From Mobula hypostoma (Eukaryota): 64,000 bases of DNA. Location: the NCBI RefSeq assembly GCF_963921235.1, contig NC_086097.1, forward strand, positions 201,440,001-201,504,000, written 5' to 3'. This document shows, piece after piece, positions 49,273 to 63,543 of the stretch (the stretch's first letter is position 1; every line of letters starts with the position of its first letter). A model generated the notes under the pieces. The model saw only the letters and a list, made by a program, of their open reading frames with translations. It was not told the DNA's origin and did not search any database. Made by a program: the position numbers and the translations under genes.

Positions 49273-51290
49273 AGCTGATAACTTAGGCAGAGGGATAAAG
49301 GAAAAGCTGGCTTTTCCTTCCAATATGTGTAAGCAAGAGGCTGGGAGTATTTATTTTTGTCTTTTTGTGCATAGTGTGAGGTGGTAATGGGGGACAAGAA
49401 ATGGCAGATGAACTTAATGGGTACTTTGCTTCTGTCTTCACTGTGGCAGACACTGGCAGTGTGCCAGAGGTCCATGAATGTCATTGCAATCACAAAGGAA
49501 AAAGCACGAGGCAAACTGAAAAGTCTTGAGGTGGATAAGTCACCTGGACCAGATGGACTACATCCCAGAGTCCTGAAAGAGGTGGGTGAAGAAACAACAG
49601 ATGCATTAGTCATGATCTTTCCAGAATCACTTGATTCAGGCCTGGTCCCAGAGGACTGGAAGATTGCAAATGTCACTCTGCTCTTTGAGAAGGGAGGAAG
49701 GCAAAAGAAAGGAAATTATAGGCCCAGTTACCCTAACCTCAGTGGTTGGGAAAGCATTGGAGTCTAATTGTAAGGATGAGGTTTCGGGGTACTTGGAGAC
49801 TAATAATAAAATAAGTCAAAGTCATCATTGTTTCTGTAAAGGGAAATCTTGCCTGACAAAAGTAACAAGTTACTTGGCTGAAGTAACAAACATGATGGAC
49901 AAGGAAGAGGCAGTGGATGTCATTTCCCTGGATTTATTGATGGCATTTGATAAATTACAGAAAAGATACTGGTGTGGATAGAGAAATGGCTGACAGGCAG
50001 GAGGCAGCGAGTGGGAATAAAAGGGGCCGTTTCTGGTTGGCTGCTTGTGTCTAGTGGTGTTCCTCAGGAGTCAGTATTGGGACTGCTACTTTTCACATTG
50101 TTTCTCAGTGATTTGGATAATCTAACCATATAACAATTACAGCACGGAAACAGGCCATCTTGGCCCTTCTAGTCTGTGCTGAACTCTTACTCTCACCTAG
50201 TCCCATCAACCTGCACTCAGCCCATAACCCTCCATTCCTTTCCTGTCCATATATCTATCCAACTTAACTTTAAATGTCACCATTGAACCTGCCTCAACCA
50301 CTTCTACTGGAAGCTCATTCCACACAGCTACCACTCTCTGAGTAAAGAATGAAATTGGTGGCTTTGTTGCAAAGTTTGCAGATGATACAAAGATAGTTGG
50401 AGGGGTTGGTAGTACCAAGGAAGCAATGTGATTGCAGCGGGAGTAAGACAAGTTGGAAGAATGGGCAAAAAGTGGCAGATAGAACACTGTGTTGGAAAAT
50501 GTATGATAATGCATTTTGGTAAAAGGAACAATAGTGTGCACTATTATTTAAATGGGGAAAAGGTTCAAACATCAAAAGTGCAGAGTGACTTAGGAGCCCT
50601 CGTGCAAGGCTCCTGAGAAAGTTAATTTATATGTTGAGTTTGTGGTAAAGAAGGCAAATGCAATGTTGGCACTTATTTCAAGAGGATTAGAAGATAAAAG
50701 CAAGGAGATAGTACTGAGCCTTTATAAGGCACTAGTCAGGTTGTACATGGAGTATTGTCAACAGTTTTGGGCCCCGTATCTCAGAAAGGATGTGTTGTCA
50801 TCGGACAGAGTACGGAGGAGGTCACAAAGATGATTCTGGGAATGAAGGGGTTAACATATGAGGGGTATTTGGCAGCTTTGAGCCTGCACTCACTGGAATT
50901 TAAAAGAATGCATGGAGATCTCATTGAAATCTACCAAATGTTGAAAGGACTGTTTAGGCTGGATATGGAGAGGATGTTTCCTATGGGTTGGGGTATCCAG
51001 AACTAGAGGGCAATGCCTCAAAATTGAGAGGCGACCTTTTAGAATAGAGGGAAGGAGGATCTTTTTTTAGTCAGAGAGGAGTGAATCTGTGGAATGTTCT
51101 GCCACAGACTGTGGTGGACGCCAAGTCTATGCATATATTTAAGGCAGAAGTTGATCATTTCATGTTTGGTCAGGACATGAAAAGATAAGTCGAGAAGGCA
51201 AGTGTATGGGATTGAGTGAGATCTGGGATCAGCCATGATGGGATGGTAGATCAGACTTGATGGGCTGAATGGCCTGATTCTGCTTCCATG
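49273..51290 (+). mobile_element. Degenerate CR1 ORF2 with a nested antisense CR1 3' end (~50125-50348)
   Basis: KSPGPDGLHPRVLKE, KFADDT, EYCQQFWAP. Confidence 0.88.
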
Positions 51291-51291
51291 T

Positions 51292-52428
51292 GCGGAAATT
51301 GGACTATTCGTGAACGAGAGAGGGAAGCCCGTGGCAGAGTTGGATGACCCAGACTGGCTTCAAGATTTTGCATTTCTGGTGGATATAACAGAGCACTTAA
51401 ATGTGCTTAATGTTAAGATGCAAGGCTACAACAAACTTGTTACGGAATACTACGACAGCATTCGTGCCTTTCAAATTAAATTAGGCCAGTGGGAGATGCA
51501 ACTATCCCGGAGCAACTCAGCTCATTTCCCCTCTTTGCAGTCTGTGTGTGTTGCTCATGGGAATAATGATAACATGGACAGGTACAAGGACAAAATACCA
51601 CGGCTGAAAAGTGAGTTTCAGAATCATTTCCAAGTCTTCATTCAGCTCGAGAAGGAATTCTCACTATTTTGCTCGCCGTTTGCCATCAACACAGCATCAG
51701 ATGTGCCGGAGGAACTCCAAATGGAACTAATTATGAAAATCACAACTGCCCAGAAACTGGTCTCTGATGTTGACAGGCTGGTTGGTTAAAGCCAAGAGAT
51801 GTCAGGTGTCTGGAAGCAGCCAGTGAAAAATGAGTGACACTGTTCGATGCACTGGGACATGTAAGCAAAATGCATTATGAAATATTGAGTGTCATAATAT
51901 TGTGATTCATTCATTTTCTGACTATTCTATTATTGTAAATGTGATCACTTCAATAAAAATGAGAAGCTAACTGTTCTTTGTCTGAGTTTGATCGCTGGAA
52001 ACAGGCCAATAAAAATTAGGTGCAGTTGTGTAGCCTACATTTACAATCTGTTTTGTTAGGTCTACATTTGTGTCTGCTAATGTTCAATTTCAAATGGTTT
52101 ATTAATGGAAGGGGTAAAGCTCCCAAAACAATCATAGCCAAAATAGCATCTTTTTTCTCTTTCCCATCACAACTTTCTTGTAGCCTACGACTGAAAGTTA
52201 ATACCAATCATAAAAATGATGTTTGCTAGGCAATCTTCTTCATAAGAAACGAAATTCGTAAAGTGAAACACTTTGTAGTTATAGCAGAGACTGAGACACT
52301 TGAGAGCAGGTTGAAAAAACGAAAGCAACGAAAGCTGTGGGAGCACGCGCATGCACAATTGATCCGGCCCACATGAAGTTGCATTTGGCCCAATCCGGCC
52401 CATGACCTAAAATGAGTTTGACACCCCT
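51292..52428 (+). mobile_element. 5'-truncated hAT transposon (GTF2IRD2/SPIN-like transposase C-terminus)
   Basis: WLQDFAFLVDITEHLNVLNVKMQG, LQMELI; right TIR gagtttgacacccctg. Confidence 0.82.
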
Positions 52429-52925
52429 GTATGCCTTATGGTCTTATGAAGATGTTGTTATTATAAACTAAGCACATTCATCAGGAAATAAAGTAAAATA
52501 TAAACAGGTTTGTGTCTGGGCTATATTATGTGATCATTCATAGACAAAGAATCTATCACAAACGTGTATGCATTAAACGTCACCAGATAGAATACCTGTC
52601 TCAGACTCATTAAGCTGAAATGGGGGTTGGAAAAACTGCTGGTGAGAATGTGGGCCATTTGCTCCTCATTTTATGCTGAGGTAACACACAAAAAGCATAT
52701 TTTTTCTGCTTCCATGAACATTTGTTAACCTTACCAAATAGGGTTAAAGCCTTTATTATACGTGATTTAGCTAGTGGTGTTCTTAATGAATTTTTACTTT
52801 GGCTGACTTAAAGTTAATTTTATGAAAATGCAGACATTTTTCATCAATATACAATAAATTTAAGAAACTAGGATGGCAAACTCATTTTGCTCTCACATTG
52901 TTCATTTGCAAATTTATTTTCCCAG

Positions 52926-53008
52926 GTTCTGGAAAAACATCCAAATACACCAATGACACCAAAGCAGATCTTACAAGTCATTCAAAAGGAGGGATTAAAA
53001 GAAATGAG
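52926..53008 (+). CDS. ASXL1: Coding exon 2 of an Additional sex combs-like gene (N-terminal HARE-HTH/ASXN domain), most like ASXL1
   Basis: ttattttcccag|GTTCTG...GAAATGAG|gtcagt; 83 nt encoding [27 protein letters not shown] plus AG. Matches recalled ASXL exon 2 peptides (ASXL1 [32 protein letters not shown]3 [28 protein letters not shown]). Family is secure; the paralogue call rests on [14 protein letters not shown] and is less certain. Confidence 0.9.
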
Positions 53009-53159
53009 GTCAGTGGGCAGCAGTGCAACGTAAATTTAGGCACCTGTTAACCTTTGAGCATAGATTGTTGGAACTTTGTGCAATTTGCAGTCCCAGTTTT
53101 GAAATCTGTATCTTTGTGATTCTGCCAATAAGAACCCAAAATTATGATTGATTTGATTA

Positions 53160-54765
53160 TTAAATTGAAGGGATTAAGGGCAGATAAATCCCCAGGGCCA
53201 GATGGTCTGCATCCTAGAGTGCTTAAGGAAGTAGCCCAAGAAATAGTGGATGCATTAGTGATAATTTTTCAAAACTCTTTAGATTCTGGACTAGTTCCTG
53301 AGGATTGGAGGGTGGCTAATGTAACCCCACTTTTTAAAAAAGGAGGGAGAGAGAAACCGGGGAATTATAGATCGGTTAGCCTAACATCGGTGGTGGGGAA
53401 ACTGCTAGAGTCAGTTATCAAGGATGTGATAACAGCACATTTGGAAAGCAGTGAAATCATCGGACAAAGTCAGCATGGATTTGTGAAAGCAAAATCATGT
53501 CTGACGAATCTCATAGAATTTTTTGAGGATGTAACTGGTAGAGTGGTTAGGAGAGAACCAGTGGATGTGGTATATTTGGATTTTCAAAAGGCTTTTGACA
53601 AGGTCCCACACAGGAGATTAGTGTGCAAAATTAAAGCACACGGTATTGGGGGTAAGGTATTGATGTAGATAGAGAATTGGTTGGCAGACAGGAAACGAAT
53701 AGTGGGAATAAACGGGACCTTTTCAGAATGGCAGGCGGTGACGAGTGGGGTACCGCAAGGCTCAGTGCTGGGACCCCAGTTGTTTACAATATATATTAAC
53801 GACTTAGATGAAGGAATTAAATGCAGCATCTCCGAGTTTGCGGATGACACGAAGCTGGGCGGCAGTGTTAGCTGTGAGGAGGATGCTAAGAGGATGCAGG
53901 GTGACTTGGGTAGGTTAGGTGAGTGGGCAAATTCATGGCAGATGCAATTTAATGTGGATAAATATGAGGTTATCCACTTTGGTGGCAAAAACAGGAAAAC
54001 AGATTATTATCTGAATGGTGGCTGATTAGGAAAAGGGGAGGTGCAATGAGACCTGGATGTCATTATATACCAGTCATTGAAAGTGGGCATGCAGGTACAG
54101 CAGGCGGTGAAAAAGGCAAATGGTATGCTGGCATTCATAGCAAGAGGATTCGAGTACAGGAGCAGGGAGGTACTACTGCAGTTGTACAAGGCCTTGGTAA
54201 GACCACACCTGGAGTATTGTGTGCAGTTTTGGTCCCCTAATCTGAAGAAAGACATCCTTGCCATAGAGGGAGTACAAAGAAGGTTCACCAGATTGATTCC
54301 TGGGATGGCAGGACTTTCATATGATGAAAGACTGGATCGACTAGGCTTATATTTGTTGGAATTTAGAAGATTGAGGGGGGATCTTATTGAAACGTGTAAA
54401 ATCCTAAAGGGGTTGGACAGGCTAGATGCAGGAGGATTGTTCCTGACGTTGGGGAAGTCCAGAATGAGGGGTCACAGTTTGAGGATAAAGGGGAAGCCTT
54501 TTAGGACCGAGATGAGGAAAAACTTCTTCACACTGAGAGTGGTGAATCTGTGGAATTCTCTGCCACAGGAAACAGTTGAGGCCAGTTCATTGGCTATATT
54601 TAAGAGGGAGTTAGATATGGCCCTTGTGGCTAAAGGGATCAGGGGGTATGGAGGGAAGGCTGGTACAGGGTTCTGAGTTGGATGATCAGCCATGATTATA
54701 CTGAATGGCGGTGCAGGCTCGAAGGGCCGAATGGCCTACTCCTGCACCTATTTCTATGTTTCTAT
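53160..54765 (+). mobile_element. CR1 LINE 3' half in ASXL intron 2
   Basis: [35 protein letters not shown] tail. Confidence 0.95.
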
Positions 54766-55399
54766 TATTATGCCCCCATTAATCTATTTATGTTAACATT
54801 CTACCTGTGCAGTTTTGCAAAATGATGCTGTGCAATCATGTATTTTGCTTTGTAAAGGTATTCATATTGCCCTTTGGAAACTAAGTGAATCAAATCAACA
54901 ATTGTTTCAGCATATCATGCAAAATTCTAAACAATATGTTTGTTGCAAATGGGCATGCGATAGACTTCATGCTGATGCTCAGTTTTTGATTAATATATAA
55001 AACAAATATTTTTTGTTATGCTAGTCTAAGTCAAGCAAACTTTAAATAATGTATTTCCCTTTTCTTTTTTCTGTTAATTTCTTTTCTTATCCCTACCCAG
55101 CCATACCTGCCCTGATAAATTGAGATAATGTTGCACAAAATATTTTTTGACAAAAAATCATTTCAATACTGATGTTGAATTTATTTCTGATCGGTGTTGT
55201 TAGACGGCTTTCCTTATGAGCAAATACAAAAATAATCATAAATCTGAAATTATTAATCCCAATTTACACAAGATTTCAAGATCATTTCATAACATTATCA
55301 AAATAATATCATGGATGAAGAGTTAGTCCAATAAAGGGAGGGTTAAACAATGAAAGCTCTGTTTCTCCTCTGGAGTTGGGAATATGAATGGTCTCTTGA

Positions 55400-56740
55400 A
55401 GACCATTTTGTCATTTTCCTCTCAGCCCCAATCCCCTGACTTTTCCCCATATCCCTTCATGTCCTGACTAATCACAAATCTATCAACCTCTGCCTTAAAT
55501 GTTCATAAAGACTTGGCCAGCTGCCCGTTGCAAAGAATTCCATAAGTTCACCACTCTGGCTAAAGAAGTTTCTCCTCATCTCCCTTCTAAAAGGGCACCC
55601 CTCTATTCTGAGGCTGAGTCCTCTGGTCTTAGACTCTCCCATCATAGGAAACATCCTCTCCCCATTCACTCTATCAAGGCCTTTCACCATTTGATAGGTT
55701 TCAATGAGGTCACCCCTCATCCTTCTGAATTCCAGTGAGTACAGGCCCATAGTCAGCAAATGCTCTTCATATGACAAGCTGTTCAATCGTGGAATAATTT
55801 TCGTGAACCTCCTTTGAACCCTCTCCAATTTCAGCACATCCCTTCTATGATAAGGGGCTCTAATACTCCACACAATACTCCAAATAAGGTCTCACCAGTG
55901 CTTTATAAACTTCCAATATTATGTACCACAATTTTCAGCTGTTCACCTTCCCTCTTTAGAATGCTAAAAACCTGATCTGAGATATCCCTGACCCTGGCAC
56001 CTGGGTGGCAAAATACCATTTAGGTATGCCTTTTATGACCACAGAATCTCCTTTCTGCCCTTTAACTGTGGAATCCCCTATCACTACTGCACTCCTCTTT
56101 GCCCCCCCCCCCCAGTAAGCCATTAATAGTTTACGTGAAAGGAGCCAATCTACTTGTAGTTATATTTGCTAATGACAAAAAGATAAATGAGAAAGTATGT
56201 TATGAACTGGACCCGCTATGTCTGCAATGAATAGAGAGAGATTAAGTGTGTGACTAAAAAATTTGGAAATACTGTATAACTTGGGGAAATATCAGATTAT
56301 CCACGTAGGCAGGAAGAAAAGAAAACAAGTATATTTAAATAATGACATCTTACAGAATGCTGCTGCTCTAAGCGACTTACTCATTTTCTTGGATGAAACA
56401 CAGGAAGTTAGCATGAAGGTACAGCAAGTAATTAGGAAGACCAATGAACTTGAATTGTAGTGGGAAATAGAACAAAGAAGTAGGGAAGAATTGGTGTGAG
56501 TGAATATTGAAACTACTTCTGAAAGAATGCATACAATTTTACTGTTCTAATTGGAGGCGGAGCTGTAATGGTTCATTAGGTTGATTCCTACAATAACCCA
56601 TTTTGAGGAAAGGTTGAACCAATTCTTCTTTCAAGTTTGGAAGTATGGCAAGTGTCTTTGTTGAAACTTACAAGGTTTTGAGAAGGCTTGATGGGGTTGA
56701 TGGTGAAATGATGTGCCCTTCATGGGAAAATCTAAAACAA
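55400..56740. mobile_element. Mixed CR1 fragments (minus 55400-56100, older plus 56120-56740)
   Basis: LERVQRRFTK, GDLIETY; decayed KVQQVIRK. Confidence 0.7.
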
Positions 56741-57029
56741 TAAGCCTTAACTACAAAGTATGTTGTTACCTACTTAATATGCAAAGAAAGTGGGCATAGT
56801 TAAGTATTGGTATTATAAAAAAATTAATTGGAGATGATATGAAATTGCTATAGTTTAAGAACATATTATTTTTTCCTGCAGAATAGAACAGGGCAGAAGC
56901 ATTGTGCAACACACACTCAGTGCTCACTTACAAAAAAGTTGTCCAGAAGGTGGGATCTCACAGGGAAAAGGTAACCACAGCACACAAACTGAGGCCAAAC
57001 AATTATATAAGATATGAAAGATAATTTTA

Positions 57030-58930
57030 AAATAAAATATTTAAAACCCCAAGGCATTCTACAAGTATGTGAAGAGCAAGAGGATGAGCAGTTAGGGAAT
57101 AGGACCAATCAGGTGCGATAGTGGAAACTTGTGCATGGAGTCGGAGGAGGTAGCAGAGGTACTTAATGAATACTTTGCTTCAGTATTCACCAGGGAAAAA
57201 GTCCTTGGCCGTTGTGGGGATGACTTACAGCGGACTGAAACACTTGAACAGATAGACATTAAGATAGAGGATGTGCTGGAGCTTTTGAAAAGCAATGTCA
57301 GCTAAGTCACTGGGACTGGATGAGATAGTCATAGTCATAGTCATAGTCATACTTTATTGATCCCGAGGGAAATTGGTTGATATACCCCAGTCTTCTGTGG
57401 GAAGTGAGGGAGGAGATTGCTGAGCTTCTTGCGATGACCTTTGCATCATCAATAGGGACAGGAGAAATACCAGAGGGTTGGAGGGTTGCAAATGTTCTTC
57501 CCTTGTTCAAGAAAGGGAGTAGAGATAACCCGGGAAATTATAGACCAGCAAGTCTGACTTCAGTGGTGGGAAAGTTGTTGGAGAAGATCCTGAGAGGCAG
57601 GATTTATGTGCATTTGGAGAAACATAATCTGATTAGGGTATATCAGTATGACTTTGTCAAGGGCAGGTCGTGCCTTATGAGCCTGATAGAATTCTTGAAG
57701 ATGTAACAAAACACATTGATGAAGGTAGAGCAGTGGATGTAGTATATATGGATTTCAGTAAGGCACTTGATAAATGTCCCCATGCAAGGCTCCTTCAGAA
57801 AGTAAGGAGGCATGGGATCCAAGGAGACCTTGCTTTGTTGATCCAGAATTGGCTTGCCCACAGAAGGCAAAGAGTGACTGCAGATGGCTCATAATCTGCA
57901 TGGAGGTCGGTGACCAGTGGTGTTCCGCAGGGATCTGTTCTGGAACCCCTCCTCTTTGTGATTTTTATAATTGATCTGGATGACGAAGTAGAAGGATGCG
58001 TTAGTAAGTTTGCTGATGACACAAAGGTTGGCGTGTTGTAAATAGTCTGGAGGGTTGTCAGAGGTTACAGTGGGACACCAGTAAGATGCAGAACTGGGCT
58101 GAGAAGTGGCAGATGGACATCAACCCAGATAATTGTGAAGTGGTACATTTTGGTAGGTCCAATTTGAAAACAGAATATAATATAAATGGTAAGACTCTAG
58201 GCAGTGTGGAGGATCTGATAGATCTTGGGGTCTGTGTCAATAGGACACTCAAAGCTGCTGCACAGGTTGACAGTGTTGTTAAAAAGGCGTATGGTGTGTT
58301 GGCATTCATCAATTGTGGGATTGAGTTCAAGAGCCATGAGGTAATGTTACAGCTATATAAGACCTTGGTCAGACCCCACTTGGAGAACTGTGTTCAGTTC
58401 TGGTCACCTCACTACAGGAAGGATGTGGATACTATAGAGAGAATGCAGAGGAGATTTATAAGGATGTTGCCTGGATTGGAGGGGATACCTTATGAGAATA
58501 GGTTGAGTGTACTTGGCCTTTTCTCTTTGGAGTGACAGAGGATGAGAGGTGACCTGATAGAGGTGTATAAGATGATGAGGGGCATTGATCGTGTGGATAG
58601 CCAGGGCTGAAGTGGCTAACACGAGGAAGCATAGTTTTAAGGTGCTTGGAAATAGGTACTGAGGGGATGTCAGGTGTAAGTTTTTCCACACAGAGAATGG
58701 TGAGTGCATGGAATGCACTGCCAGTGGCAGTGGTGGAAGTTGGGAAGTTGGTTGATCCCGAGGGAATAGGGTCTTTTAAGAGCCTCTTGGATAGATACAT
58801 GGAAATTAGAAAAATAGAGGGCGATGTGCTAGGGAAATTCTATGCAGTCTCTTGAGTAGGTTACATGGTCGGCACAACATTGTGGCCCAAAGAGCCTGTA
58901 ATGTGCTGTAAATTTCTATGTTCTATATTC
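57030..58930 (+). mobile_element. CR1 LINE ORF2 3' half with a ~50-bp Rex1 tail insertion at ~57326-57377
   Basis: NYRPASLTS, DFSKALDK, LVRPHLENC. Confidence 0.92.
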
Positions 58931-59019
58931 TAAACCGAAAAATTACTTTAAAATATGCAGATCAAGCCAAATACAATAGCCATTTTTTGAGCACTAATCT
59001 TTTTAATCAAGATTAACAA

Positions 59020-59300
59020 CAGGTGTTCTGGTTTCCTCCCATAGTCCAAATATACCAGTTCATCACTTAATTGGTCATTGTAAATTGTCCCGTGATTAGG
59101 CTAGGACTAAATTGGTGGATTGCTGGGCGGCGCCGCCTGAAGAGCCAGAAGGGCCCATTCCGCGCTGTATCTCAATAAATAAAAGCCGCATTCAAATCAG
59201 TGAAGCAACACACACAATGCTGGATGAACCCAGCAGGCCAGGTAGCATCTATGGAAAAAAGTATAGTCGACATTTCAGGCCAAGTCCCTTCATTAGAACT
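59020..59300. mobile_element. SINE 3' part followed by a Penelope pLTR fragment with decayed hammerhead
   Basis: ggtttcctcccatagtccaaa SINE core; gcaggccaggtagcatctatgg...tcgacatttcaggcc. Confidence 0.6.
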
Positions 59301-60289
59301 GGACACTTGATTTCAGTGATGGAGTTAGGTATGGAAATGGAGTAGAATTTCTTTGTTTTTTTTTGTCTAAATGAGCCATCATTTTCATTTCTCTCATTTG
59401 CATACTAAGGGCTCTTTCAATATTTTATCAGATTTAATCACAATCTGTAATAAATTGAACTTCAGTATTATTTGAAACTGCCTTAATTCATAAAAGTACT
59501 TTTGCTCTATTGTACCAGGTCTACTTGGAGAGATGACCAAGACATACCATTCAAAACATTAGTAATTGAAATTTAAAGAAAACACAGATGATGAACATTT
59601 GAACTAAAAACAGAAAATGTTGGAAACACTCACAGGACAGATAGCAACAGTGAAATGAGAGAAAAATGTTTTAAGTCAATGAACTTAGTCATTCTTATTC
59701 GCAGTTCATACGAAAACCCTTCAATCTGAAGTTCCACATTTTCTGCTTAACCCACTGACAGTTCTCAGTAATTTTTGTTTTATATTCAGATATTTTGTTA
59801 TGTGCATGACCAGCAAATCTTTTTTAATCTTGTTGACATTAATTTAAATAATTATTTTGTTTTGGATATTTTATTGGCATGCACTGTTCGAATGAGAGTC
59901 ACTACAGGACTTTAGAAAGCGGAATCAGCTGTTAGTCCAATTAACTTTGCAGACAGAAAAAAAATATTTACTTATGAAAAAGAGTATAAGATTCATTTAC
60001 AGTTTCCAGGCTAAGCATTCATTATATTTTTTCAATTGAAGGAACTGTAGTAGACAAAGTTTACTGTAATGAGTATAGCATTTACTTTCAGCTACATGTA
60101 TTGCTCGCTGATACATTCAGTGTACTTAGTCAAATGTTTTCCAAAGGATTGTATTTTGTGGTGTTGCACTGCTACTTTTAGAGTTCCTGTGGAGACACAA
60201 AATCAATAATGTACCTGAAGGAACTAAAAGCCTTTCTAATATTTACTATAATCGCAAATAAAACACCCTAGATGCACTGGTACCCTTGA

Positions 60290-61065
60290 GGCCTTTGGGG
60301 AGAAATCAAATGGAGAACCCAGCCATCTGATTGTGAATATAACTAAAGTATCTCATCCTTGGAGTCATTCTAATACAGCTTTCTAAAAGTAGGTGCCTAG
60401 AAATTAATACAATGCTGCATTTGTGGCCAATTCAGTGTTTGATAAAGGTTCAGCATCACATCTTTACTCTAATGCTTTTACTTACAACACCCAAGAGTCC
60501 TCATGATTTGTTTAACCTTTCTCAATCTCTTCTGCCACTTTCACTGAATTACACCCCAGATCTCTTAATCTCAAACACTTTTTAGAAATATCCCCTCAAG
60601 TTTATGTTGCTTATTCTCATTCTTCCTACCAAAATACAACATAGAGTTTCTCTCAGTATTAAATTTTATCCCTTACCAACAGCCTATTCCCTCAGCCTGC
60701 CTTTATCACCTAAGAGATGGTCTGTTTCTATAGCCACAGCTCACAAGTTTTATGCCATCTGCAAATTTAGGAATTATATATGTGCATCCAAGTTCTTGTC
60801 ATTTAAATCTTAAGTGATCCCAGTACTGATCCTTGGAGAACACAATTGTACACTTCCTTCCTGTCCAACAGTCATTCATATTACTTTATCTCCTTTCAAT
60901 CAACTCATGCTGCCAGAGGCATTTTATTCTATGGCTATTGCTCAGATGCAATTACCTTCTCAAAATCCACATGCACCCTATCAGTTGTTATTTCCCTCAT
61001 CAAACCTCTTGGTTATTTTATCAAAAAATTTCTATCTAGTTATTTAGGCATAATTTGCTTTTAAC
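60290..61065 (-). mobile_element. Highly decayed CR1 fragment
   Basis: cccagtactgatccttggagaacac (PRISTG/QGSVLG complement), ccatctgcaaattt (KFAD complement). Confidence 0.55.
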
Positions 61066-61851
61066 AGAACTATGCCACTTTTAAATCAGGGAATATCACT
61101 TATTAGGATCTCATGAGAAATCTAGATCAGTACCATGGAGCCCACTCTTGAATTTCCAATATGCTAGTTAATGAACTTGGCTCCCAACCAGAAATATGAA
61201 GTCAGAAACTTACTCCTAATAAGCAGTTATTTTTGGATATCAACCAACCTGAGTGTGGATACAGTGAATTTACTCATACAGGTTTTCTCCTGCTTCTGTA
61301 CACCTGACTTAACAACAGCCCGTACATACGATGGAACATTTGGGAAGCTAGTGGCAGAGATTTCTCCCTGCTGCGGACTGCAGGCACCTTCTGCCACATG
61401 GCAGCTTGGCTTGCAGCCGCATTTCCTACAGCCTGTATTTCACTGAATGGAAGCCTGCTGAGGACCTATATATTAAAATATTAATTGTTAATTTAATACA
61501 ATTTATTCCAGGTATCTCCCAGTAAGGAACAGGTTTCGTTTTTAGAGTTGACTATGAATTGATTATTGAATAAGTCAGAAAATACACATAAATCACCCTG
61601 TATGGTAACCATTCCTCCATAGGTATTGGTAAAGAAAGACATCAAAAACAAAGACTGATAGGAAAGAACAATTACAAAAGTGTAGAGAAAGGAAATTGGT
61701 TCTGCCATTCAGAGGAAAGAATGGATGTACTTTTATGTACATTGAACTTTTGAATTTAATAATATTGTAAGAGCTTGTTCATATATAGTGATGTCCAAAA
61801 TTGGGCATTCTTAACCTGGGGATGACCTGCATTTTTAAACTTGGAACAACT

Positions 61852-62710
61852 AGAATTCAGAATCAGGTTTATTATCACCAGCATGTGACGTGAAATTTGT
61901 TAACTTAGCAGCAGTGGTTCATTGCAATACATAATCTAGCAGAGAGAAAAAATAATAAATAAATAAACAAACAAACAAACAAGTAAATCAATTACATATA
62001 TTGAATAGATTTTAAAGAGTACAAAAACAGAAATACTGTATTTTTAAAAAATGTGGTAGTGTCCAAAGCTTCAATGTCCATTTAGGAATCGGATGGCAGA
62101 GGAGAAGAAACGGTTCCCGAATCGCTGAGTGTGTGCCTTCAGGCTTCTGTATCTCCTACCTGATGGTAACAGTAAGAAAAGGGCATGCCCTGGGTGCTGG
62201 AGGTCCTTAATAATGGACGCTACCTTTCTGAGACTCCACTCCCTAAAGATGTCCTGGGTACTTTGTAGGTAAGATTCAAGATGGAGCTGACTAGATTTAC
62301 AACCTCTGCAGCTTCTTTCGGTCCTGTGCAGTAGCCCCTCCATACCAGACAGTGATGCAGCCTGTCGGAAGGCTTTCCACAGTACAACTATAGAAGTATT
62401 TGAGTGTATTTGTTGACATACCAAATCTCTTCAATCTCCTAATCAAGTATAGCCACTGTCTTGCCTTCTTTATAACGTCATCGATATGTTAGGACCAGGT
62501 TAGATCCTCAGAGATCTTGACACCCAGCTGCTCACTCTCTCCACTTCTGATCCCTCCGTGAGGATTGGTATGTGTTCCTTCATCTTACCCTTCCTGAAGT
62601 TCAGTCAGCTCTTTCGACTTACTGATGTTGAGTGCCAGGTTGTTGCTGTGGCACCACTCCACTAGTTGGCATATTTCACTCCTATACACCCTCTCGTCAC
62701 TACCTGAGTT
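61852..62710 (-). mobile_element. Rex1/Babar-like LINE 3' fragment
   Basis: HPGHALFLLLPSGRRYRSLK; TCTGA-type tail. Confidence 0.85.
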
Positions 62711-63540
62711 TGATGCCACTACTGAACTTGGATTTATTAACATTACATATTATTAAAACACTAAAAAAGCAAGAATTGGTTTAAATATTCAGTAATTATC
62801 AACAAATGATTGAAAAGCATAATGCGTTAAGTTTGAACATGTGAATGCCAAACCTAGGCATGTTCAAAACCAAGGGTTCTGAGCAGCACAGCTCTACAAA
62901 TTTATACAGTATATTAATAATATTATAAACAATGAAGTCACCATCTATAAAATGTTAGGAATATTCTGTTATTACTCCAGCTACTGAATTTTACTAAAAA
63001 GATTTGAGAGTAGAATGTACTAGAAAGAATTAAGGAAAAGAAGTACATATAAAAAAGTATTCAATTTACAATGTATTTCTTAGAAAATTAGCTGCCATCC
63101 TTATGCTCCCTCCTTCTTGGAAGCATAATTCCTGAGCACCACTCTGTTAAATTAGATCATTCATTTGCAGGCATGAGATGTTGCTGTTAAAGCTGTCGTT
63201 GTCAAGATTGATTCTTTGATTGAAAATACAAACGCATATGCCTGAGTAACTCTGGTGCAGTAGCTCTCTTATTTTATGAAGGTTTCCACTGACTTCTCAT
63301 TGTGACCAACTTTCATAAAATTTAACTTTTTTGGTTTATTACAAATCAGATGATGAACAACTGTTAGAATAATATGTATAACATTATAGCCATAAGGAAA
63401 TAGTTTAAGGTCCAAAATATAAGATATAGTAAAATTAGTCTTCTGGTTGTGTAGTTATTTTACTTTCTACATTACTGATTTTAATTTTTTTCCCCTTCGT
63501 GAATACATTGGACCTTATTCAACATTTGGTGGCGTTTCAG

Positions 63541-63543
63541 AAG
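63541..63543 (+). CDS. ASXL1: Probable 3-nt microexon (exon 3, AAG) of the ASXL gene
   Basis: gtttcag|AAG|gtgaga with upstream CTGAT branch-like motif (63475-63479), a pyrimidine tract and no other AG from 63455 to 63538. Exon 2 AG + AAG gives AGA(R) AG., restoring KEM-R-S. ASXL1/ASXL2 are recalled to have a 3-nt exon 3. Confidence 0.75.
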
